Source of the DNA: a virus
Taxonomy: Duplodnaviria > Caudoviricetes
Direction: 5' to 3' (one strand)
IMG/VR virus record: IMGVR_UViG_3300037044_000249
Coordinates: 1 to 33,868 of that record
Length of the DNA stretch: 33,868 nt
Below are positions 25,089 through 33,461 of this stretch, piece by piece (the first letter of the stretch is position 1; every line of letters begins with the position of its first letter). The position numbers and the translations under genes are program-made. Below the pieces are notes generated by a model. That model was given only the letters and a program-made list of their open reading frames with translations. It did no database searches and was not told the origin of the DNA.

Positions 25089-25314
25089 GTATCGGTGTAT
25101 CGGTTCTGTAACGGTATCTGTATCGGTTCTAAGTAATTGATATGGTTATTGAATTAGGTGACCGATACAGCGATACAGCGGGATCGGCCCCATCGCGCGC
25201 CTATACGCGCGCCTATGTACGCCACCTGGGCCGGTATCGGCGTATCGGAAGGCAAGGAATGGCGGATTTCCGCGCCTTTGCGCCGATACACCAAGCCGAT
25301 ACACCAGCCGATAC
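25089..25314. repeat. Iteron array (GTATCGG/CCGATAC), putative replication origin
   Basis: Nine exact heptamers in both orientations flank an AT-rich core at 25127-25157, directly downstream of the helicase. Confidence 0.75.
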
Positions 25315-25331
25315 AGTCACCGGGTGTAACC

Positions 25332-27092
25332 TCACTCGTGATCGAGATCGGGAATGCCTTGACCCTGATGCCGATCATTCGGGTCGGCGGACGGCTGCTC
25401 GTCGTCGTCATCGTCCGGCTCCAGATAGATCGGCGGGATCGCGGTCACGCGGGATTGCGGCCCGTTGAACTTGATGGCATTTACCGGCACGAATGTGCCG
25501 TCGAGCATGCGCAGCGCGGTCACCCACGAGCCATCGGCCCAGCGGGTGCCGTCGAACAGCGCCGTCAGCCTGGCGTGCTGGTTGGCGACTGCGATGACGC
25601 GAACGGCGTTCGCCTCCTCGCCCAGCTCCGGGTCACGCAACGTCGCCCAGCGGATGCCGATCTGGGTGATCGCCTTGCGCGCATCGGCGTCGCGCATCGC
25701 CGCCAGCAGCAGCGAGCCGACCGTCCGCCGCGCGCCGGCGCCCCAGACATCGACCGGCGACGACAGCAGAAAGCGCCAGCATTCCTCGCCTTCGCCGGAA
25801 TCCGCCTCGGCCATGACGATGCGGCGCGCATAGGGCAGCAGTCGATCAATCTCGGCCTGCCACTCGGCCGCCTCGAGCGGGCCATCCTCGATCAGGACAT
25901 CTCGCCCGGCGGCCCAGGTCGCGATCAGGTCGGCCTGGCGGATGTCGCACTTGGCGGCGATCAGATCACGGTGATAGGCGGCGAAGGTCGCCCGGAAGCG
26001 GTCGAAATTCAGCGCCATACGCGCCCACAGGCCCGGTGCCATGGCACCGACGGCGGCGATGGCGGCATCGGTCTCCTCGACATTGGCAGTCGCCACCAGG
26101 GGCTTGAGATTGAGCTGGATGAAGCGCGAGCGGTCCTGGGGCTTGAGCATGGGCGGCAAGATGGCCGCCAGCCAGGCGCAGCCGGTCACGCGCGTTTCCG
26201 AGGCCTTGCCGCTTGGCGAACCGCGCCGCGCCGTGACCCCGTCGCCATCGGACAATTGCCGGATCATGGTGATCATCTTGACCACCGGTCCCTGCTCGCC
26301 GCTTTCGTTTTCCGCCTCGTCGATGAAGATGGTGCGGGCCTCGCCATTCAGGCTTTGCTTGGTGCCGGCGACCGAGGTATCGCGCTGGATACGGTCGGCC
26401 TGGCCGCCGAGCGCCGCATGCACCAGCTTTGTCAGGTGTGACTTGCCGCATCCCCTAGGCCCCATGACCACGACGTGGTCGCGCCAGGACGGCGCCCCGC
26501 CCAGCAGCGCCGCGCCGATCCATCCGATGACCATTTCCGGGCCGAGCGGGCCGACATAATTCCAGCGGTAGAGATTGTCCAGCAGCAATTTCCTGATCTG
26601 CGCCGCCGTGGGCACCGCCGTGAAATCCGGCCGGGCGATGCGGGGCGCGGTGGGATAGAGGATGTTGTCGATCTCCAGCCCGGCCGGATGCCACTGACCC
26701 TTGTGCCATACCATGTCGCCGCAATGCACGGCGATGCCCTCGCTGCTGTCCCATGTGCCCAGGCCATGGGTGGGCGCGTTGTCATCCCAGACCCCGGCCT
26801 CGACGCATTCGCGGATCATGAAGGCCAGGGCATCGCCGGCGTCGAAGCCGCCCTTCTCGCCGGGGAACTTGGCTTCCAGCCAGTCGACCTTGCCGTCGAA
26901 CACCGACAGGATGCCGTTGTAGCCCAGGTCCCGGGCCGAGCCGACACGCTTCTCGCCCGAGGGAGAGACAAGGTAATACAGGCCGGCCCGATGCCCCAGG
27001 AAGCGTACCGGGCACGGCACTGCCCCGGTTTCATCCGTTCCCACGAAGATATCGCGGATAGTTCCCCCGCCGGCGTTTTTCACCCCGTCCAT
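25332..27092 (-). CDS. P-loop NTPase, putative replicative helicase/origin-binding protein
   Basis: Walker A GPRGCGKS, Walker B IFIDEAE and the Arg-finger-like DRSRF, located next to the primase. Confidence 0.78.
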   Translation of the reverse strand: MDGVKNAGGGTIRDIFVGTDETGAVPCPVRFLGHRAGLYYLVSPSGEKRVGSARDLGYNGILSVFDGKVDWLEAKFPGEKGGFDAGDALAFMIRECVEAGVWDDNAPTHGLGTWDSSEGIAVHCGDMVWHKGQWHPAGLEIDNILYPTAPRIARPDFTAVPTAAQIRKLLLDNLYRWNYVGPLGPEMVIGWIGAALLGGAPSWRDHVVVMGPRGCGKSHLTKLVHAALGGQADRIQRDTSVAGTKQSLNGEARTIFIDEAENESGEQGPVVKMITMIRQLSDGDGVTARRGSPSGKASETRVTGCAWLAAILPPMLKPQDRSRFIQLNLKPLVATANVEETDAAIAAVGAMAPGLWARMALNFDRFRATFAAYHRDLIAAKCDIRQADLIATWAAGRDVLIEDGPLEAAEWQAEIDRLLPYARRIVMAEADSGEGEECWRFLLSSPVDVWGAGARRTVGSLLLAAMRDADARKAITQIGIRWATLRDPELGEEANAVRVIAVANQHARLTALFDGTRWADGSWVTALRMLDGTFVPVNAIKFNGPQSRVTAIPPIYLEPDDDDDEQPSADPNDRHQGQGIPDLDHE

Positions 27093-27113
27093 CCCTGCCT
27101 CCGATTATGCTGT

Positions 27114-28208
27114 CTATGCCGCGCCGGCTGGGCGCAGCATGTCGTTGAAGTCCTTGCCCGGCGGCGCCCACCAGGTGCGCACCTTGCGCCCCTCGGCCCG
27201 GTAGCGCCGCTCGGCCCTGGTCATCAGCGCCTTGGTGATCACCGGGTCGCTGTCGCTGTCGCCCAGCAGGCCCAGTTCGGCCACCTGCGGCGGCAGCAGG
27301 ATGCCGGGGCGCGACAGGTCGGGAATGGGCGACGGCACCCACACCCCTTCGCGGGTCGGGTGCCGTGTCATGGGTTGCTTGCTCTCGCCCGCCAGATTGC
27401 CGAGCGAGCCGGCGGCCCAGCAGACATCGCCGACCTCCTGCATGACCGACAGGCTGGTCTCGATCCCCTCGCCGATCTTGAGCGACCGGCCGACCGGCCC
27501 TAAGCGGATGGCGGACATCTTCGAGATCCCGGCCATTTTCTTGACCGCGATGTCATGGCCCCGCTCATCCTTGCCGAGATCGACCTTGGCCATGCCGTCC
27601 GGGCGCAGATAGGTGCGGTGGATGCCCGTGATCTTGCCCTGGACATCCTGCATGGCCGCAACCATGCACGGAAACGCCTGGCGCACGTCGGAATGCCACA
27701 TCACGGCGAAGCGGATGGTAGGCGGGATGGGCATGGTGATGCCGCGCGCGCGCAGATAGGTTTCGACCAGGGTTCCCGGCGCCGGCACGGCCGCGCGCCA
27801 CTGTTCGCGGCACCAGCCGACGTATTCGGCGTCTTCCCTGTCCTGATCGGCCTTGCTCGGCATCGGCTGGGCTTCGACCAGGGGCTTGCGCGGGCCGCCG
27901 TCGGCGGGCACCACCAGGCCGACCTCTGCCGCCAGTTCCAGCACCGCCTCCTTCCAGGTGCGCCCGCTGTACTGGCGCACGAAGGCCACCACGTCGCCCT
28001 TGGCGCCGCAGCCGAAGCAATGGAAATAGCGCCGGTCGGTCATGACGTGGAACGACGGCGTCTTCTCGCCGTGGAACGGGCACAGGCCCCACAGGTCGTT
28101 CCGGTGCTTGGCCTTCAGCGGCACCACCCGGCCGACGATCGCCCCGATGGGGGCACGCGCCCGCACCTCGTCGGCCAGGGCGAACATTTCGCGCGGGGGC
28201 GCCATCAC
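27114..28208 (-). CDS. DNA primase (CHC2 zinc finger plus TOPRIM)
   Basis: CPFHGEKTPSF...FHCFGC, GIHRTYL, GEGIET, GDSD and DFND motifs. Confidence 0.92.
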   Translation of the reverse strand: MMAPPREMFALADEVRARAPIGAIVGRVVPLKAKHRNDLWGLCPFHGEKTPSFHVMTDRRYFHCFGCGAKGDVVAFVRQYSGRTWKEAVLELAAEVGLVVPADGGPRKPLVEAQPMPSKADQDREDAEYVGWCREQWRAAVPAPGTLVETYLRARGITMPIPPTIRFAVMWHSDVRQAFPCMVAAMQDVQGKITGIHRTYLRPDGMAKVDLGKDERGHDIAVKKMAGISKMSAIRLGPVGRSLKIGEGIETSLSVMQEVGDVCWAAGSLGNLAGESKQPMTRHPTREGVWVPSPIPDLSRPGILLPPQVAELGLLGDSDSDPVITKALMTRAERRYRAEGRKVRTWWAPPGKDFNDMLRPAGAA

Positions 28209-29167
28209 GACACCTGGGCGAACAGCGACAGCTCGCGCCGCTCGACCGCGGCGATGTTCTTGACGGCCTGGGTGAAGTAGCTGGGCTTTAATTCAAACCC
28301 GACGCCGCGCCGGCCCATCTGCACCGCCGCGTAGACCTCCGAGCCTATCCCCAGGAACGGGGTCAGCACCACGTCGCCGGGGTTGGACCACAGGTCGATG
28401 CAGCGCTCGATGACGTCGAGCTGCAAGGGCGAGATATGCTGCTCGTCACCCTCCTCGCGCGCGCCGCGGTATTGCAGGGTGCGGGTCTGGTTGATGTCCA
28501 TCCACACCGGCGAGGCATACCGCTGCCAAACCTCGATCGAGTACCAGTTGCGGCCGTCGCTGGCGCTCGTGAACTTCGCCCGGTCAGGCCCTGCATCCTC
28601 GCCCACATACATATCGAAGCAGCCCGAGACCGGCTCGGGATTGGCGCCGGGCTTGCGGAAGGTGACGATGTAATCGGCCAGGCCCTGGCCGCTGATGGTG
28701 CTGTCCTTCACCACCTGCTTGTGCAGCAGGCGGATGGACTTGGTGCGCTGCTGGGCCACTACCGGGTCCTTCCAGATGCAGACCTCGGAATGAAAGATCC
28801 AACCCGCCGCCTCATAGGCGCGGATCACCTCGCCCCGAAAATCGCGCATGCCGATGTGGCCGTGGCGGATCTTGCTCATGGGCAATTGCATGACGTGCAC
28901 CGCGTGCAGGCGGCCGGGCATGGTGACGCGCAGCAGCTCCTGAATCAGGAAGCCGTAATGGGTCCAGAAGGCGGGGCCTTCGTTGTTCGAGATGTCGCGG
29001 TCGGAATTGCTGAACTTGTACAGGCCCTCGAAGGGCGGCGAATGCACCCCGAAATGCACGCTGTCGCCGGGCACGCCGCGGATCAGCTCGCAGCAATCGC
29101 CCAGATAGATGGCATAGCTGTCGGTGACCACCTGGTCGACGGCCAGAACATCGCGAACCTGCCTCAT
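28205..29167 (-). CDS. DNA amino-methyltransferase (N4-C/N6-A, beta class)
   Basis: SPPF catalytic motif precedes the PFLGIGS SAM-binding motif. HISPLQLDVIERC and GFELK are also present. Confidence 0.9.
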   Translation of the reverse strand: MRQVRDVLAVDQVVTDSYAIYLGDCCELIRGVPGDSVHFGVHSPPFEGLYKFSNSDRDISNNEGPAFWTHYGFLIQELLRVTMPGRLHAVHVMQLPMSKIRHGHIGMRDFRGEVIRAYEAAGWIFHSEVCIWKDPVVAQQRTKSIRLLHKQVVKDSTISGQGLADYIVTFRKPGANPEPVSGCFDMYVGEDAGPDRAKFTSASDGRNWYSIEVWQRYASPVWMDINQTRTLQYRGAREEGDEQHISPLQLDVIERCIDLWSNPGDVVLTPFLGIGSEVYAAVQMGRRGVGFELKPSYFTQAVKNIAAVERRELSLFAQVS

Positions 29168-30567
29168 GCCGCCACCCCCTGGAGAAAGCCCGGCAGGGCC
29201 ATCGGCTTGGCCGGGTTGTAATCGGCACGGTCGCGCTGCGCCCCGCGCACCGCCCGGGCCGACAGGCCGGCCATGTGGGCGACCATGGCGGCGGCCATAC
29301 GCTCGGCGTCCGCTTCCTTGCGCCGCAGGTTGGCCACCACCGCGCCCTCGGTCTCGGCCGCGACGAAATGGACATGCACCGGCCTGGTCTGGCCGAAGCG
29401 CCAGAAGCGGCGGATCGCCTGATAGATCTGCTCGAAACTGTCGTTGAGGCCGACGAAGCCGGTATCGGCGCAGTGCTGCCAGTTCATGCCGAATCCGGCG
29501 ATCACCGGCTTGGTGACCAGCACCCGGATACGGCCTTGCGCGAAATCGTCCAGCTTGCGCTCCTTCACCGCCTCGTCTTCCGAGCCGCGCACCTCGACCG
29601 CGCCGGGGATGCCGGCGGCCAGGGCCGCACTCTCGGCATTCAGGTTGCACCACCAGACGAAGGGCCGGTCAGCCGGGGTCAGGCTGATCGCCTTGGCCAC
29701 CCGCTGGTCGACGGTGTCGCGCCGGGCCGTGATGCGCTCGCGCAAGCTGGTGGCGGCCATCGGGAACAAGGTGCCGCTAGCCAGGCTGTCGGCATAGTCG
29801 AGCATCACCGTATGCTGGTGCTGGTGCAACGGCGGCAGGTTGTAATCGCCATCGTCATAGCCCAGGTCCGAGGGCTTGCGCAGCATGACCGACCACGACG
29901 CCATCCAGCGCCAGAAGGCATCCTCGGCATGGGCCTTGAGGCGCCACTTGGCGGTGTCGCCGCCATCGTGGGAGAAGAAGGTGGCGAGCATGTCGGTATA
30001 GGACATGACGCCCAGGAATTCCGCGTGGTTGCCCAGTTCCATGAAGTCGTTGGGCGCCGGCGTCGCCGTGGCGGCCAGGCGGAACGGGATCTGGGCGCAT
30101 TGCTCGATCAGGCGGGTGCGGTAATGCCCGTCGGTCGATTTCAGGATCGAGCTTTCATCCAGGATCACGCCGCCGAAACGCTTGAGGTCGAAGGCATCGA
30201 CCTTCTGGTAATTGGTGATGTTGTTGCCGGCCAGGACATCGGCGCCGCTGCGCACCAGGCGCGCGGCGATGCCGAACTTCGCCGCCTCGCGCATCAGGGC
30301 GGCGGAGACCGACAGGGGTGCCAGGTGCACGATGTCGCGCCCGGTCTCCCGGTGCACCTCGTCGGCCCAGGCCAGTTCCATCAGGCTCTTGCCCAGGCCG
30401 GTGCCGGCGAACAGGGCCGCCCGGCCGCGGTGCAGTGCCCAAGTGGTGATGTCGCGCTGAAAGGCGAACATCGCCGGTGGCAGCGACGGCGTGCCGGTCA
30501 GGCCCGTGGCCGGATCGACGATCGCCTTGCCGGCCAGGAATGCCGCATAAGCATCGACATCAATCAC
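29164..30567 (-). CDS. SNF2-like (SF2) helicase
   Basis: GTGLGKS, ILDESS, TATPAPN, GFGMNWQ and QAIRRFWRFGQ motifs. GTG start overlaps the upstream stop. Confidence 0.9.
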   Translation of the reverse strand: MIDVDAYAAFLAGKAIVDPATGLTGTPSLPPAMFAFQRDITTWALHRGRAALFAGTGLGKSLMELAWADEVHRETGRDIVHLAPLSVSAALMREAAKFGIAARLVRSGADVLAGNNITNYQKVDAFDLKRFGGVILDESSILKSTDGHYRTRLIEQCAQIPFRLAATATPAPNDFMELGNHAEFLGVMSYTDMLATFFSHDGGDTAKWRLKAHAEDAFWRWMASWSVMLRKPSDLGYDDGDYNLPPLHQHQHTVMLDYADSLASGTLFPMAATSLRERITARRDTVDQRVAKAISLTPADRPFVWWCNLNAESAALAAGIPGAVEVRGSEDEAVKERKLDDFAQGRIRVLVTKPVIAGFGMNWQHCADTGFVGLNDSFEQIYQAIRRFWRFGQTRPVHVHFVAAETEGAVVANLRRKEADAERMAAAMVAHMAGLSARAVRGAQRDRADYNPAKPMALPGFLQGVAA

Positions 30568-30812
30568 CGCCGCACCTCGCCAGAAAGTCGCCGGCCCCAG
30601 GGCAGGGCCGGCGCAGTGTTGAGGGAGGAAACGCCCAGGTGGGCAGTGCCACCGCGAGGGGACGCGGTGACGGCGGGGGCGGACCCGGTCAGGGGGCCGC
30701 CGATCTCGGTGCGGGAAACGCGGGCGACGCGGCGGGTGTCGACCCCGGCCATGTCGCCTAAGAAGGCCAGGGCCGCGCGGGCGGCGGCGGCATCGATCGG
30801 GCGGGCGGTCAT
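30564..30812 (-). CDS. Hypothetical protein
   Basis: 82 aa with ATGA/GTGA overlaps on both sides. Confidence 0.55.
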   Translation of the reverse strand: MTARPIDAAAARAALAFLGDMAGVDTRRVARVSRTEIGGPLTGSAPAVTASPRGGTAHLGVSSLNTAPALPWGRRLSGEVRR

Positions 30813-31024
30813 CGGGCGTCACCACCCGTGCCGGCGACGCCCGGGCAACGCCGGGCATAGGGCCGCGCGCGACCGGGAAAGCCTTGGCCGCTGCGATGGA
30901 GGATGTTGAACACGGCATGGATCGACAGGTCGAGCCGCCGGCCGATTTCGGCATAGGTCAACCGCTCGACCACGCGCAGATGCATCGCCGCGGCTTCGGT
31001 CTCGGGGGGGGTACGGCGCGCCAT
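30809..31024 (-). CDS. Small HTH protein (sigma region 4-like)
   Basis: LRVVERLTYAEIGRRLDLSIHAVFNIL, with a GGAGG RBS. Confidence 0.7.
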   Translation of the reverse strand: MARRTPPETEAAAMHLRVVERLTYAEIGRRLDLSIHAVFNILHRSGQGFPGRARPYARRCPGVAGTGGDAR

Positions 31025-31027
31025 CGG

Positions 31028-31558
31028 TTACGCCTCCCCATTGGCGATGTCGACCAGTTCGGCGCGCAGGCGCGTCATCGCGGCCAGGGCCTCGTCCAGG
31101 CGCGGCAGGGCCTCCGTTGCCTCGCCGCGGGTGACGCGGGCATCGGCCAGGGCCATGACGATGGCGCCGGCGAAGGCGCCGAAATCGGCCGTCGCCTCGG
31201 CGGTCAGCAGGTGCAGGCCGGCCGGATCGGCGCCGCGCGGCAGCGGCACATAGATGCCCCCGGCCAGCAGCGAGAAATGCTCGGCAAAGGCGGCGGCACC
31301 CGCAGCGGACATCGCCTCCATCCGCTCGATCGTCACCCGGTCCGGCTCGCCGGCATCGGCCAGGGCATAGACCCGGGTCTCCGACAGGCCCAGCAGGGCC
31401 ATGGCGGCGCGGGCGCCGCCCACCTCGGCGATGGCCCGCGCGGTGGCTTCCTTGATCGAGCCGGCCGGGCGGCGCTTGAGCCCCACCGCGCGGCGGGAGG
31501 ACAGGGGGACAACCTCCCGTGGCACGGCGGCGGGAGCGGTGCGAGGCTTGGTCATCAC
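31028..31558 (-). CDS. CII-like regulatory protein
   Basis: Follows cro. It has an HTH-like IAEVGGARAA..LLG.S and a C-terminal ALAD.RVT..E helix pair. Confidence 0.65.
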   Translation of the reverse strand: MMTKPRTAPAAVPREVVPLSSRRAVGLKRRPAGSIKEATARAIAEVGGARAAMALLGLSETRVYALADAGEPDRVTIERMEAMSAAGAAAFAEHFSLLAGGIYVPLPRGADPAGLHLLTAEATADFGAFAGAIVMALADARVTRGEATEALPRLDEALAAMTRLRAELVDIANGEA

Positions 31559-31788
31559 GCCACCTTTTCTTGGGGTTCCGATGCCGATTCATCCTCATGC
31601 CAGGGCATTTTTATCCCCAGCCGCTGAGCCGCAGCCTCGATCTCAGACTTGCGCCATGGGGGAATCCGGCCCGACTGCTTCCAGCCCTGCACGGTGGTGG
31701 GGTTTCTATGGCCCAGCGCCCTCGACGTCGCGGTTAGGCCGCCGAATGCGTCGAGAACAGGGGCGGCTAGGATTTCGCGACTGCTCAT
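31555..31788 (-). CDS. cro: Cro-like repressor
   Basis: FGGLTATSRALG...TTVQGWK..GRIP, divergent from cI. Confidence 0.85.
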   Translation of the reverse strand: MSSREILAAPVLDAFGGLTATSRALGHRNPTTVQGWKQSGRIPPWRKSEIEAAAQRLGIKMPWHEDESASEPQEKVA

Positions 31789-31794
31789 CGCCGA

Positions 31795-31823
31795 AAGATA
31801 CGATGTCCGTATATTTTCAGCAA
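31795..31823 (-). promoter_or_regulatory. PR-like promoter, leaderless cro transcript
   Basis: TTGCTG-N17-TATCTT-N6-ATG, with no RBS before cro. Confidence 0.65.
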
Positions 31824-31890
31824 GACGAAAAAATACGATGCCCGTATTAGAAAAAGCCGGCGATTTCGCCCACCTTTACGATATGCGTAA
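31798..31890. promoter_or_regulatory. OR-like operators (three sites)
   Basis: ATACGatgtcCGTAT at 31798-31812, ATACGatgccCGTAT at 31833-31847 and TTACGatatgCGTAA at 31876-31890. Confidence 0.85.
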
Positions 31891-32578
31891 TGACTGGATA
31901 AAACACCGAATCCGCGAACTTCGATCGGCAGGAAAGAACGTGACGCAGGGCTCGCTTGCCGATGCGATCGGCGTTGAGCAGCCGCGGATTTCGGAGATAA
32001 TTGCCGGCAGACGCACTGTGCGGGCCGCTGAAGCGCGCTCTATGGCAGCTTATTTGGAGTTGCCTGAATCTGTCGTTCTAGCAAGGCTGGAGGGCGATGT
32101 TGAGGTCGATACTCCCGCCAACCAATGGGTGCCTCTGAAACACATTATGGTAGTCGGGGCGGTTCAGGCCGGGGTCTACGGTGAAGCGCTAGAATGGCCT
32201 GACCAGGACTGGTATCCGGCACCTATAGGCGCGTTCCCTTCGTATGAGAGATACATGCAGCGCGGCTTACTAGTCCGTGGAGAATCGATGAATGAACTCT
32301 ACCCGGACGGCAGCATTGTCGCATGCGTCAAGTATATTGATCTGGGGCGAGATCCCATCCCCGGCGAGCGCGTAGTCGTAATGCGTGCGATTGATGGATT
32401 CTATGAGGCGACTTTAAAAGAAATTCGGCAAGCGCCCGACGGGACTTGGTGGCTTTGGCCTCGATCAACTCATCCATCATTCCAACAGCCGTGGCAATTG
32501 ACTGATGATGAAGGCGAATGGAATGAAAATCTTCGCGTTGTCGCGAAGGTAGTAGGTTGCTATAGACCAGAGCCATGA
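31883..32578 (+). CDS. cI: CI-like repressor (HTH plus S24 autopeptidase)
   Basis: HTH TQGSLADAIGVEQPRISEI, VQAG cleavage site, VRGESM catalytic Ser and ATLK catalytic Lys. Confidence 0.93.
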   Translation: MRNDWIKHRIRELRSAGKNVTQGSLADAIGVEQPRISEIIAGRRTVRAAEARSMAAYLELPESVVLARLEGDVEVDTPANQWVPLKHIMVVGAVQAGVYGEALEWPDQDWYPAPIGAFPSYERYMQRGLLVRGESMNELYPDGSIVACVKYIDLGRDPIPGERVVVMRAIDGFYEATLKEIRQAPDGTWWLWPRSTHPSFQQPWQLTDDEGEWNENLRVVAKVVGCYRPEP

Positions 32579-32582
32579 AAGC

Positions 32583-33005
32583 TCAGGGATAACCCTTTTC
32601 CTCACAATATAAATCTACTACGCGCTGCCCGTGGCCCCCATCGAATGATGCAGCAGATATTATTCTGCCGCCGGAGCTTCTAACCAAAAGACTTATCTGC
32701 TGGAATCCAGTGTATCCGCCATAGCCGTTTCTGGCGTTGACCCGGACGCAGTAAACATTTTCACCCTGAAAATACTCCGGATGCTTAAAAACTGCTGACG
32801 CCGGATCACGAAGAGACCTCTTCACGGCTCCCTCAATCAATGCAATTTCATCATTTGTCAGCAGCCTGGTCTCTACTGGGTCCATCGGCGGCATCAGTGG
32901 CCGACCATCGAAATTCTCGGGATTTCCTTTACCACTTGAATATGTATCCGTATCCCGAACACCGCATGAGGCGAGCAAGAAAACCAGTATCCAAGCACCC
33001 CGCAT
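32583..33005 (-). CDS. Lipoprotein of unknown function in the immunity region
   Basis: Lipobox LASC, LRDP.SA.F and VNARNGYGGYTG motifs, GGAGG RBS, and visibly lower GC. Confidence 0.8.
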   Translation of the reverse strand: MRGAWILVFLLASCGVRDTDTYSSGKGNPENFDGRPLMPPMDPVETRLLTNDEIALIEGAVKRSLRDPASAVFKHPEYFQGENVYCVRVNARNGYGGYTGFQQISLLVRSSGGRIISAASFDGGHGQRVVDLYCEEKGYP

Positions 33006-33059
33006 TGCAACCCCTCCATCCCACAATAATACCTTATCAAACTGCCGCCTCGTTATAAA

Positions 33060-33112
33060 ATACGATGTGCGTATAATTTAGCTTGCGCCACATTATACGA
33101 TATGCGTAAATT
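33060..33112 (+). promoter_or_regulatory. OL-like operators (two sites) and PL-like promoter
   Basis: ATACGatgtgCGTAT at 33060-33074 and ATACGatatgCGTAA at 33095-33109. TTGCGC-N18-TAAATT spans the second site. Confidence 0.8.
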
Positions 33113-33140
33113 TCTCCCATCAACCCGATGGGAGCCCCAG

Positions 33141-33461
33141 ATGCCCGCCAGCACCACCCCGCCCGCGCAGGCGAACGCCGTTCGCCCCCGCAAGGTGCCG
33201 ATCCACCTGGGCAGCCTGCCCGACGGCACGCCGATCATCGGCATGGCCGAGGCCGCAAGGCGCCGCCCGGACCGGCGCAGCATCGCCACGCGGATGGCGT
33301 CGGCCATTGCCCAGGCGGTGGATCGCACGGGGTCCGCGACCGAGGCGGACATCAAGCGCGCCGGCTTCACCGCCGCGCAGATCCAGGTCCATGGTGACGA
33401 GGCCCGTGCCCAGGCCGCTCGGCTGCGCCCCGACGCGGCTGAAACCGGGGAGGTGGCGTGA
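33141..33461 (+). CDS. Hypothetical protein, first gene of the PL operon
   Basis: GGAG RBS, 106 aa, with a stop overlapping the next ATG. Confidence 0.7.
   Translation: MPASTTPPAQANAVRPRKVPIHLGSLPDGTPIIGMAEAARRRPDRRSIATRMASAIAQAVDRTGSATEADIKRAGFTAAQIQVHGDEARAQAARLRPDAAETGEVA

Noticed and set aside
25089-25314. Heptamer array as a CRISPR array, or the 85-108 aa ORFs across it as genes
   Set aside because: The repeats are 7 bp, occur in both orientations and are irregularly spaced. The ORFs are low-complexity translations of the repeats.
28205-30567. Restriction-modification, BREX or DISARM defence system
   Set aside because: No nuclease or other system components are present, and the genes are embedded in the early lytic operon.
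31649-31882. N-terminal 78-aa extension of CI given by the ORF track
   Set aside because: It overlaps cro and the operator region. The HTH begins right after ATG 31883.
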